A stretch of DNA of 64,000 nt, from contig NC_058368.1 in assembly GCF_018350175.1 (NCBI RefSeq), positions 88,166,001 to 88,230,000 of the forward strand, in the 5' to 3' direction. How positions within the stretch are numbered: the stretch's first letter is position 1; each line of letters opens with the position of its first letter. Made by a program: the position numbers and the translations under genes. Shown here piece after piece: positions 48,591 to 60,070 of the stretch. The notes below the pieces were generated by a model that worked only from the letters and a program-made list of their open reading frames with translations, was not told the origin of the DNA and did not search any database. Source of the stretch: Felis catus. Its lineage: Eukaryota.

Positions 48591-51500
48591 CTGAGAAACT
48601 GGGGACCCTGATGGGGGAAGGAGTGAGCTGTCCGTCATGTGGGGCTGGGCTGGGCTGGGCAGGGCAGAGCACACCCCTTCTCCTTCTGGGGTGACTCTTC
48701 CCTCCTCACCCAAGACCCACGACCTTTGGGGGGCAGTGAGGAGAGCCCTTGAGCTGCCGGGGGACAGGCCCACCCCTCCATGCCCCTGACCCTGCCATCC
48801 TTTCCCTGCTCTGTGGGGTAGTGACCCAGTGTGTCTGAGAGCCCCAGCTGCTGGGTCTCTCACATGGGCCCCTCTATCTGTATGTCCACCTGCTGGGTCT
48901 GGGGACTTCCAGGCATAGCACATCCTCCCTCAAAGTGGTCCCCAGGCCCCTGCCCCTCTGCTGGCCTGTCTTCCCTTGAGCCTACCTCCATAGCTGTGAC
49001 TCCATAGCTGTGACATGCCTTGAAGGACCCCTGGGGCCCACCTGTGTGACCCCGTAGCTGTGATATGCCTTGTAGGACCCTGTGGCCCCTTTCCTGGAAG
49101 ATTGCCTCCCTGCAGCCTCAGTTTTTATCTGCGGCCCCAGACCCCCCAGGAGAGGGGTTGCCACAGAGGAATGTGGGATTATCTGCCTAAGCCTGGTGCT
49201 GGAGCAGAGGGTTGTGGCACCTCCTCTCTGTCCCATGGACACTGTCACTAAGAAGGTAAGGGGCAGCTCCTGGTGCCAGACCTTCCTCCAGGCTGAAGAT
49301 GGGGCCCCTCAGCTGGCCACTGGGTTCTGTGGTGAGGGATGGGGAGGGTGCAGGGTGGAGGGAACCTGGGGGGCCCATGGGGGCGGTTCCTCCTCACTGC
49401 ACAGGGTGGAAACTAGGGCCTCCTGCCAAACACTGATACTGAGGTACGGGCAGGGGCTCAGGCCTGGGCGGGCAGGGGCTGCAAGTGGCCCAGGCCAGGG
49501 AGCAAGAGGGAGGACAGGGCTCGTGGGGCAGGATGGGCTGCACAGGCCACTGTGCACTGCCTTGCACCAGGACTTACCCTCCTCTGGCCTGGGGTGCACA
49601 GCCACCTGCCAGGAGCCCTCTCTGGACACCTGGGTCTCCCCTCTGTCCTGGGCTCCGTGTACGGTGGATATGCTCTGTGCATCTGGCCCGTGTCTGCATG
49701 TGTACGTGTGTGTGTGGGGGGGGTGGGCTGTGTCCATGCAACTCTCTGTGCATGGGTGTGTATGTGTGCCTGTGTGTCTGTTCACATGTGTGTGTCCACA
49801 CGTGTGTATGTGTGTATCTGGGTTGTGTGTGTGTGGGTGTGTGTGAGCACCGTGAAGACGAAGTGCTGGGCTGTCACTCTCCTCCTTTTTAGCCACCCGT
49901 CTTGCCTGCTGAGCGGCCACTTTCCCGCCCCATCTCTAGCCTCCTCCAGCTGATGAGCTCCTGCTGATCCTGCCTAGAGCCTGAGGTAGAGGGCCTGCCC
50001 AGTGTGACTGCCGCAGCCAGGTGGGTAGAGACACCGCAGGGGCTGTGAGGTACTTCCTGCCCTCCTGGGGCAGGCAGGAAGCCTGGGAACTTCCAGAATT
50101 CAGGGCATCCCTGTGGCTTGCTGGCAGGGCCACCTGGGGTGAGGAGGGCAAAGCAGAGGAGCCCCACAGGACTCAGGGCTCCGGCTGGGAGGCTGCTCAA
50201 AGCCACTCCCAGCCCACTGGCCCTGGTGCCATTCACAGGTGGGGAGACAGCTCAGGACACACAGGTGGCCACAGGCAAGTCGGGCGGCAGCCCAGCCTGG
50301 CCCTATGGGGCGGGGGTAGGCGCAGGAGGCAGGAGATGGCTGGGGGATTAGGTAAGAAGGCACGGTTAGGTAATGTCTCAGACGGGAAAGGTATCCAGCT
50401 GGATCCTGCCTGCTTTCCATGCTGACTTCAGAGACAGGATGAGGTGGAAAAGTGGTTGGAGGAGAAGGAAGAGTGAGGAAGACAAGAAGCAGGAGGAGGG
50501 GAAGGAGGGAGGAGGCAGAGGAGGAGGGAGGAGCAGGAGGGGGAGGAGGAGGAAGAGGAGGAAGGGGAGAGAGGAAGGAGGAGGAGAGGGAGGAGGAAGA
50601 GGGGAGGAGAGGGAGGGTGGAAAGGCAAGTTAGTACCTGGACAGGGCACAGCAAGGCCCCAGGTCACCTCACTGTGGGAACTGGGGAGGGGGCCCCGGGA
50701 CCACTGGGACCATGGGAGGCAATGCTTGCTGCCAGTGGGGCCAGGCCAGGCTGCACAAAGCAGGTGCTCCGGGAGCAGTCCCTGAGGAATGGGAGAAGGA
50801 AGGCACCAGGAGGACTGAGAGGCCAGCGCACAGAGGGACTGGAAGCTTGGAGGTGGTGAGCAGGCAGTGGTCACCCTGGCCCCATCCCAGGGGCCACACA
50901 GCCCCAGCAGGGCCCTGTTCTGGGGGGGGGGGTCCCTGAGTCCATGGCCTGAGCGAACTCCACCCTCCTGAGACGGCCTCCAGCATGATGGGCTGGTGTG
51001 CTAGTGCCCTGGACGTCCTGCGGCTTGGCCTCCTCCATCTGCTGCCTCCACCCCACCTGGGCTGCCCCTGCCCCTCCCCCTGCCTGGCTGCTGTGCTTCA
51101 TCTGGAAGCAGCCCTGCCCTCTGAGACCCTCCCCACTCACTGCCCAGGGGTTTCTCTCCTGGGATGGGACCCCATCAGCCCACTGTACAGCACACAGGTC
51201 ATGGGGTGACACCCAGGCAGGACAGACACTGGGCAGAGCAGGGATGGGACAGTGTGCCTGGGGACCTCTGCTGCCTGAGCTCCTAGGCAGAAGGAGACAT
51301 CAGCCTGGGCACAGGTGTTCTGGTTCTGCACGATCTTGGCTCTGCCTGGCACCTGGGCCTTGGTTTCCCTACGCATACCTTGGAGGTGAGGCTGGTGAGG
51401 CTGATGGTCATGGCTGCTTCATGACAGCCTGGGATTCTGCATTGGACCAGGCCCAGAGGCCAAGTGTGAGGTGGAGCTGTGGGCTCAGGGTCACCTTCGT

Positions 51501-51794
51501 GTCCTGGACCAGCATTACCCCTTGGACAGAGTGGAGGAGGGGTCTAGCAAGTTGCCATGGAAACAAGACCAAACAAATAGTTCCCCCCCACACCCCCCAC
51601 AACAGGCCTGCAGGGCCCCCGTGGCAATGACCTCATCTGCCCACCAACTCTGTGCTGTGGGGGGTCCTGGGCTGGCAGGGGAGCTGCAGCATCCCATGTT
51701 TGTGTTGGGCCCTTGTCCATGGAAACGGCTGGAACTTGGGGGGGGGGTGGTGTGCAGAGCCCAGAGGCTCCTGCTGTGGTTATTAGCTGGGCAG

Positions 51795-52885
51795 AGAGGG
51801 GAGGGGGAGGAGGAAGGCAGGAGGGGATAGGAGGAGAGGGAGGGAAAGGAAGGGGGGGGAGGGGAAGAGGAAGGAGAGGGGAAGAGAGGGCGAGAGGGAG
51901 GGGGGGAATGAAAGAGAGGGGTCAGGGAAGGGAAGAGGAGGGAGGAGGGGGAGGGAAAGAGAGGGGCAGGGGAGGGTAGAGGAGGGAGAGGGAGGGGAAG
52001 AGGGGAAGGAAGAGTGGGGAGTGAAAGAGGGAGGGAGAGGGAGGGGAAGAGGGGAATGAAAGAGGGGGAGGGGAAGGCAGAGAAGGGAGAAAGAGGAGGG
52101 GAAGGAAGAGAGTGGGGAGGGGAAAAGGAGGGGGAGGGAAAGAGAGGGGGAGGGGAAGGCAGAGGAGGGAAAAGGAGGGGGAGGAGAAGGAAGAGTGTGG
52201 GGAGGGGAAGGTAGAGGAGGGAGAGGGAGGGGGAACAAAAGAGGGGAGGGGACAGCAGAGGACGGAGAAGGAGGGGGAGGGAAAGAGGGAAGAGGGGAGG
52301 GCAGAGGAGGGAGAAGGTGGGGGAGGGGAAGAGGGGGGAGTGGAAAAGAGGGGGCAGGGGAAAAGGAGGGAGGAGGAAGGGGAGGGGGAGGGCAGAAGAT
52401 GGAGAGGAGAGGGAGAGGGAGAAGAGAAGGGGAGGAGGAGAAGGGGAATGGGTGGACAGGGTACAGAGAAGGAGACGGAGGGAAAGGGGGGAGTGGAAGA
52501 GGGGGGAGGGGAAGAGAGGGGGAGGGGAGGGCAGAGGAGGGAGAAGGAGGGGGAGGGGAGGGGGAGGAGAGGGTAGAGGAGGGGGAAGGAGGGGGAGGGA
52601 AAGAGAAGAGGGAGGTTGGGCAGAGGAAGGAGAAGGAGGGGGAGGGGAAGAGGGGAGGGGAAGAGAGGGGGGAGGAGAGGGCAGAGGAAGGAGAAAGAGG
52701 GGGAGGGAAAGAAGGGGAGGGGAGGGGAGTGTAAAGAAGGGGGAAGGAAGGGGAGGGAAAGAAGGGGAGGGGAGAGGAGAGGGAAGGAGGAGGAGGGAAA
52801 GAGAAGAGGGAGGGTTGGGCAGAGGAAGGAGAAGGAGGGGGCAGGGAAGAGGGGGAGGGAGGGGGAGGAGGAGGAGGAGAGGGGC
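51795..52885. repeat. Polypurine (G/A) low-complexity tract, ~1.1 kb
   Basis: Almost pyrimidine-free on the + strand. Confidence 0.95.
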
Positions 52886-54894
52886 ACCCCACCCCCATGC
52901 CCTGCATGGTCAACCAGCTCTGCCAGGTGGGAACTTGGTCATATTTGCTTTATCTTCTCTCTCTGAGAACATAAGCATGTATCTTTGCCCTTGAGACTAT
53001 GGTAGGGACATCCCACGAGTCACCTGCACAGGACCTAGCAGGTCTTCCCATAGCACAGGCGCTCACCCACGTGACAATTCAACATTGCCAAGGGGCTATT
53101 TTTGGGTTTCATTTTCTGACCTGGGACAAGGTCAAGGATGCACCTGTTGGCCCCAGGTGCAGGCACTAACTGCCTTTACTCTGTGCTATGTAGGCACGTC
53201 ATCTCCTGGTGACTGGTGAGCCACCCCTCAGCCCGTGGTCCCAGCACCCATGGATGCGTGAGGTAGATCTCCTGATTCTGTAACCCGCCGCATTTATTAC
53301 CTGCCATGTCCTGTGAAGACCATTCCCTACCCAACTTCTTGTGTCCTTTTCACTACTGGCAAGGCCGTGTGGGTTCTTTGTAAATCTGCAGTAATACAAG
53401 GCAGTGCCGCTGCTATTCCTTGAGTGCTTCCACTGGCTTCTCCAAATCTGTCTGGGAGGATCCCTCCAAGCTTGTTCCACTGTCCTGTGATCAGTCTGAA
53501 CAGGGTTCCCTGCTTTCTGGATCTCAGGGGGTTTAGACGGCAGTGACTGTGCCCGCAGAATCCGTCTCAGAAGGTGTGCTGAAAGGCGACACTGGAAGAA
53601 GTAGAAAGAATACAGTGCTCCAGAGGGAGTTTTAAATAAACTCACTAGTGTCATTAGAAAGGTGTGTAAAGAAATTACACAAAGCAAGCATAGGATCTAT
53701 GGAGAGGAACTGATTAAAAACAACAGTGAGCTATCAGAGATGAAACCATGGCTAGTGAAGTAAGAACTCCTTTTTGACAAAAATTGGAAAGCTGCAGCCC
53801 AGAAATGTAGGGTGGGAGATTTGGGCCAGCTTCAGCGCGGCCACCTCCCTGCCCTGGTGGTCACCTGGCCCCAGGGGTATGGCGATAAATACCCTTCTCT
53901 GATAAAGAGCCAGAGCTTGCCAGGAGGAGGCCACGTGCTCGGCACCTCTGCCCTCCACCTGCTCCTGCCTGGAAGAAGTTTTGATGAACAACTTGTGGCA
54001 ACAGCCATCAGGGAGCAAGAGGGCAGAAGCCACACGTGAGGGGTGACAGAGCCGAAGTGGAAAAGGCTGGGGTCCCCAGACACCCTGTAGGGCTCTGGAA
54101 CTACCCCCACACTGCCTCTTCCGTTCCTGCCGTGTGCGTGTGATTTAAAGCAAATGAACATGTGTCTGTTTCAATTCCTGGTGGTTGAGTTCTGTTATCT
54201 GTCACCCAGATCATTCCTGACCAGTGGGCGTGTAGAGCCCCAAGGATTGGACAGACATTGCACACTGTCAGCAGCGAGGGGGTCCCAGGCTCCAAGGACA
54301 GTCCTATCTGACCTGGGAGTCCACGCTTAGCCAGGCTTACATAACACACCAGAACAGAGGCGTTTGGGGCAGGCAGATTCCCAGTTCACTTCCATTGCAT
54401 GCCTTTTGGGGTACATTATTTGAAGTGCTGCACAGAGCAATTTGGGGGCAGGGGCAGGGGGCCCCCAGGCATGGGGAGGGGGGAGGTACCAGGACCAAGG
54501 CAAAGTGGAGGACCCCAGGACTGATGATATTCAGCATGGGTGGGTCCTCCTGCAAAACCACACATGCCTCCTGGTGAATAGATCCAGCCCCTGGAAAGGT
54601 GAATCCAAATACAAGATTGGAGTGGAGACATACGGGGCAGCTGGCCTGGCCGCCTGGCCTGAGCTTGGAGCCCATTTACATACAGACTGAGGCTGAACCC
54701 TGGAGGTGTGGTGTGCAGAGTCAGATCCAGAGCCGGTGAGACCACTCCTGGAGCCGGGATTCCTCCTGACACCCCTGCTGGCTGATCCACCCCCACCGCC
54801 CCCCCCACGTCTCAGGCTTGCTTTTACCTAAGTTTGCTTAGAAGCCCCGTTCCAAGTTCAGGAAGTAAATCCTTCCTTGGCTTCCCTGCCAGCC

Positions 54895-55580
54895 TCCTCC
54901 TCCCACTTCCCTCCCTCTTATGCTTCACCCCACCTCCTCCCCTTTCTCCTCGCCCTCCTCCTCCCCCTCTCCCCCTCCCCTTCCCCCCACCCCCCTCCTT
55001 CCCTTCTCCTTCCTTTCTTCCCTCCTCACCCTCCCCTCCCCTCCAACCCCCTCCCTTCCCCCTCCCCCTCCTCCCCTCCCTTCTTCCTCCTCCCCTTCTC
55101 TCCTCCCCCTCCCCTTTCCTCCCCTCCCCCTCCTCCTCTCCTCCTCCTCCCTTCCCCTCCTCCCCCTCCCCTCCCCCTCCCCTTCCCTCCTCCCCCTCCT
55201 CCCCTCTCCCTCCTCCCCCTCCTCCCCTCTCCCTCTCTTCCCTTCTCCCCCTCCCCTTCCCTTCTCCCCCTCCCCTTCCCTTCTCCCCCTCCCCTTTCCT
55301 TCTCCCCCTCCCCTTTCCTCCCCTCCTCTCCCTTCCCTCCTCCCCCTCCTCCCCCTCCCCTTCTCTGCTCCCCCTCCCTCCTCCCTTCTTTCCCCCTCTC
55401 TTTCCTCCTTTCCCTCTCCTTCCCTCTTCCCCCTTCTCCCATCCCCCTCTCTTCCCTTCTCTCCCTTCCCTTTCCTCCTCTCCTCCTCCCTCCCATGTCC
55501 CCCTCCTCCTCCCCTCCCCGCTCCCCTCCTCTGTCCCTTTCCCCTTTTTCCCCTTCCTCTTTCCCTTCCTCCCTCCCTGC
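54895..55580. repeat. Polypyrimidine (C/T) low-complexity tract, ~0.7 kb
   Basis: Almost purine-free on the + strand. Confidence 0.95.
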
Positions 55581-57364
55581 CATAAATCCCTTCTATTGAC
55601 TTAAAGCAGCTCTATAATTAGACTATAGATAGTTCTGCCTACATGTTAATCCCTAGATGTGTGATGCCTCGAACATGCCTGGGCTCAACTCCCTTCCCAA
55701 TCACAGGCTTGCTTCTGAGTGAAGGAATATGGGGTAATGTTTTGCTCTATTGAACATATAGATCCCGACTGATTTTAAATACATTTCATCTGCTTAAAAA
55801 GTCTTTCTGAATGTGAAGTTGGTGTGGGTGGCTGAGACCAGGCAAGTCAGCAGCCTGGACATAGCATGTCCGGGAGGGAGAGCAGGAGGGGACAGGGTGT
55901 GTAGTCCAGGGCCTTTTCCTCAGGAGTCCTCCATTCACTCACGTAGAATGGAAACTGTCCACATAAGGGAGGAAGATATATTTGTGCACCACCATGACCC
56001 CTCCATGAGAGCAGAAGCCATGTGGAGGAAACAGACCGCCAACCCAGTTGTATCAGGGAAGGGTTTCTGCTGGCCACCACGGTCACAGTGGGTGGACAGA
56101 CAGCCTGCAGCGTCTGCCCAGAATCAGCCCTGTGGACAGGAACCCGGGCTTGTAGCCTGGGTGCAGAGAGTGGACGGGATGCACACCTGAGTACTGGGCC
56201 TTCCCAACGGGGGCGCAGACTTGCCTGTGGCCTGCAGCCCCCTCCCTGCTCTGTGAATCCCCCCCCTTCCCGCAGAGGTCCTCAGGGGGCCTGCCTTATG
56301 CACTCTGATGCCCTGAGAGACCCCGATGAGGGGACGACAGCAACCCAGGCTTGTCCAGGTGCAGAATGATATGTGAATGCAGCACTGCTCAGGTGACTTA
56401 AATACACACAAACGGGCAAGGAGAACCGTGCAGTCTGTGATCAGTACAGAAGGGCCCTGGGAGGCAGGAGGAACGTGGGGAGAGGGCGCCCCCACCACCA
56501 GCACAGTGCTGGGGACAAGACAGCAGGAGAGAGGCCCTGACAGGGGCAGGGCAGCAGGGTGTCCACAGAGAGGTCGTCAGGCACACATGAAGCCGCAAGG
56601 GATGGGGCGGGGGGTGGGGGCTGGTGGGCAAGGAGAAAAGGGCTCCAGGCAGTGGGTGTGGGGTCTGAACAGGGGCAGCTTCAGGGTGTGGCCAAGTGGA
56701 GGTGGCTGGCAGGGACTAGTGTTTGGGGAGGGGATTTTTTTCTAGCACTGGAGCCACAGGTGGGCCTTGGGGAGCACTTTCCCACCCACTAGTATGGTGC
56801 TTCTCTGAGGCAAGTCTCCCTCGAGGCATCCCTTGCACACCACACCCAGGGCCAGGCGAGGCAGTGGGGACAGTCACACTGCTTGCTTCTCCCAGCCCCC
56901 CACCCCAGAGCTGGGGCAGGTAGGGGGATGGTCAGTGGGGGTGCTGCTGGAGGCCCCCCCCTTTGAGAAGACAGCTCACAGTGTCCCTGTCACCCTGAGC
57001 TGGATGGCTCGAGGTGACCAGGAAGGTCTCCTCTGAGCCTGGACATGAGGCTAGGGGGACCCACAACCATGCCATGGGGGCCACCCTCTGCCCTCCATGT
57101 TAGGAATAAGGGGAGTAGGTATTCTCCCAGCCAGCCTGAGGCATTGGTGCTTGGCCACGGGATGGGCCTGCCTGGTGACATGGGAGCTGGTCTAGGTGGG
57201 TCAAGGGCTGTCTGTAGGGAGGTGGATGGAAGGGCAAACTGGGCATTGGGACATCTGGGGCACACAGGGGGAAGCTGGTGGGGGGGGCATGTGTGTGTAA
57301 GTGTGTGCAAGCCTGTGTGATAGTGTGTGCATGTGAGTGTGTTTGAGGGAGCTGAGATCGTGGA

Positions 57365-58035
57365 GAGGGACACGGGACACAGGACATGGGGACACAGGAC
57401 ACGGGGACACAGGGACATAGGACACAGGGACACAGGACATGGGACACAAGATGTGGGGCATGGGGACACAGAACATGAACACAGGACATGGGGACACAGG
57501 ACACAGGGACACAGGACATGAGAAAACAGTGACACAGGACATGGACACAGGATATGGGGACATAGGGACATGGGGACACAGGACATAGGGATATAGGACA
57601 TGGGGACACAAGACATGGGACACAGGGCTGGGAATGGGACATGGGGACATGGAACACAAGATACAGGGACACAGGACATGGGGACACAGATCATGGAGGC
57701 ACAGGACACAGGGACATAGGACATGGGGATATAGGGGCATAGAGACACAGGGGCACAGGTCTGGGAATGGAACATGAAGACAGAGGGACGTGGGGCTGGG
57801 AGGAACCAGGACACAGGACATGGGACACAGGACACAAGACTTGGGTATACAAGTCACAGGGATACAGGGCTGGGAATGGGACATGGGACATAGGGACATG
57901 GGGACACAGGGACACTGGACATGGGACATGGGGAAACAGGACACAGGGACACAGTACATGGCAGCATACAGACACAGGGCTGGGAAGAACCCAGCATATG
58001 GGACAAGGGGACACAAGGACACAGGGACACAGGAC
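57365..58035. repeat. Degenerate (GGGACACA/GGACAT)n minisatellite
   Basis: Directly visible 7-8 bp units. Confidence 0.92.
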
Positions 58036-59369
58036 GGGGCTGGAGGTGCTGTTAGGCCAGTGGATCATTGTGGTTCTGGAAACCTGTGTGTTCTGGGCAG
58101 CTGGAGCAGAGTCTGGAAGGTGGACTTAGGGCCATACACTTTGGGGTACCCAGGGCTGGATGGTGCAGGCCACCATGGGAGGGGGACAGAGAGACCCAGC
58201 CCCATGAACTCAGGGACCCCACACAGGGTCCTGAAGCCTTTTTGCAAGAGAGGGGCAGTCCTGGGGAGCAGGGGTGGGGGCCTCAGTGTCACCAGGACTG
58301 TTTTTCTGTGTGGCTGTGATGCTGCATTTGGACCCTTGGGCTCTGAGGCACTCAGCCTACAGCACTGGCTCCCCCAACCCCTCGAGAGCTGGTGGAGCTC
58401 ATGTCTGGGGGCCACTTGGAGAGGGCTAGAACCCCCCAGAGCTCACACAGCAGGTGGGCAGGAGGGGACGAGATCCTGCCCTGGGTGGCACTGTCACTGT
58501 CAGTGGTGACAGCCGGGGATGTTTGTGTTGTCCTGGGTGTGTGTGTTGCGGGGGCGGGGGGGGGGGGCAGGTTCCTCACTGAATAGCTCAGCAGGGCCAC
58601 ATATGACGAACATATGAACTTGAGGATAGCATGGGGGCTGTAAAGGTTTTATTACGGGGTGTCTGGGCCCGTGCGGTGCTCCCCCTGCTGCCGCCCACGT
58701 CTGATTTCTGCCAAGTATGTGACTCGTCATGCTGGAGAATGTCTCCACGGCTGGGGCTGGGCTGGATTCCCGGGTCCCTGCTCTGCAGGGGTGGAGAGGT
58801 GGCTGATTTGCTGGGGTACAGAGTGGTGCTCAATGCATGTTCCTGTGTGCTGTAGACTTGGATGGGACAGGCAGGCCCCGAGGAAGCCAGCCCTTCTGGA
58901 GGTGGGGTCCCCTGGGCCCTCAGGACGGGTGCCTCGCCACGGGGTCCTGAGGGCCCAGCCTGCTCTGGACATGAGGCATGGTGGGGAGAGCCTACATCTA
59001 TTGGCAATGATGTTTCCCAGGCTGGCTCTGTGTGTGTGTGTGTGTGTGGGGGCACTGGCCAGGACTGTCCCTGCAGCCCCCCATCTCCTGCTGTGGGCTC
59101 AGCCTTGCAGCCGCTGTGGTCCACGGCCTCAGGAGGGCCATTCCCAGCCTCGGGCAGAAGGTTCTTGAACAGCTGGGGCTTGGCCTGGATTGGGGACATG
59201 CTCTAGTGGGTGCTGGGAATGCAGAGCCTGCCTGTTGGTGTGCTGGCTGAGTCCTGCTTCTCTCCAGGCCCTGAGGGTGGGAGCCGCCCGGCGGCCACAC
59301 CAAGGTCACAGCCTGGAAAGGGCTTGGTTTCTGGCTCAGAGAAGTATCTCTACCAGCCAGTCCCTCTGA

Positions 59370-60070
59370 TCACAGCCAGAACTTGGGGCCAGATCCCAGA
59401 GCAGGGCCATGACCTTCGACCAGAGGCCAGGACAGGGTCATGACCCCCAGACCAGACCCAGGGCAGAGCCATGACCCCCAGACCAGGCCCCAAGGCAGGG
59501 CCGTGGTCCCCAGACCAGAAACCCAGGGTGGGGCCATGACCCCCAGATGAGACCCAGAGCAGAGTCATGATCTTCAGACCAGAACTCCCAGCCAAAGATC
59601 TGTGACCCTCAGACCAAACCCTGGCAAGGCCGTGATCCCCAGACCAGAACCTGGGGCAGGGCCATGACCCCAGACCAGAACCCCCAGCCAAGGGTCTGTG
59701 ACCCTCCGACCAAACCCCGGCAAGGCTGTGATCCCCACACCAGACCCTAGGGCAGGGCCATGACCTCAGACCAGAACCCCCAGCCAAGGGTCTGTGACTC
59801 TCCGACCAAACCCTGGCAAGGCTGTGATCCCCACACCAGACCCTAGGGCAGGGCCATGACCTCAGACCAGAACCCCCAGCCAAGGAAGGGTCTGTGACTC
59901 TCCGACCAAACCCTGGCAAGGCTGTGATCCCCACACCAGACCCTAGGGCAGGGCCATGACCTCAGACCAGAACCCCCAGCCAAGGGTCTGTGACCCTCAG
60001 ACCAAACCCTGGGCAAGGCCGTGATCCCAAGACTAGACCCCGGGGCAGGGCCATGACCTCAGACCAGAGC
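59370..60070. repeat. Minisatellite of ~31-bp monomers with a 96-bp trimeric higher-order unit
   Basis: tgacccccagaccaga... monomers; accctagggcagggccatgacctcaga recurs at 96 and 100 bp spacing. Confidence 0.93.

Noticed and set aside
51783..55604. Long Pro/Ser-rich and Gly/Glu/Arg-rich ORFs
   Set aside because: Polypurine and polypyrimidine tracts rarely contain stop codons, so these are compositional artefacts.
56990..58022. Cys/Pro-rich ORFs resembling keratin-associated proteins
   Set aside because: All frames give similar repetitive peptides from the GGGACACA repeat, and no promoter or gene structure is evident.
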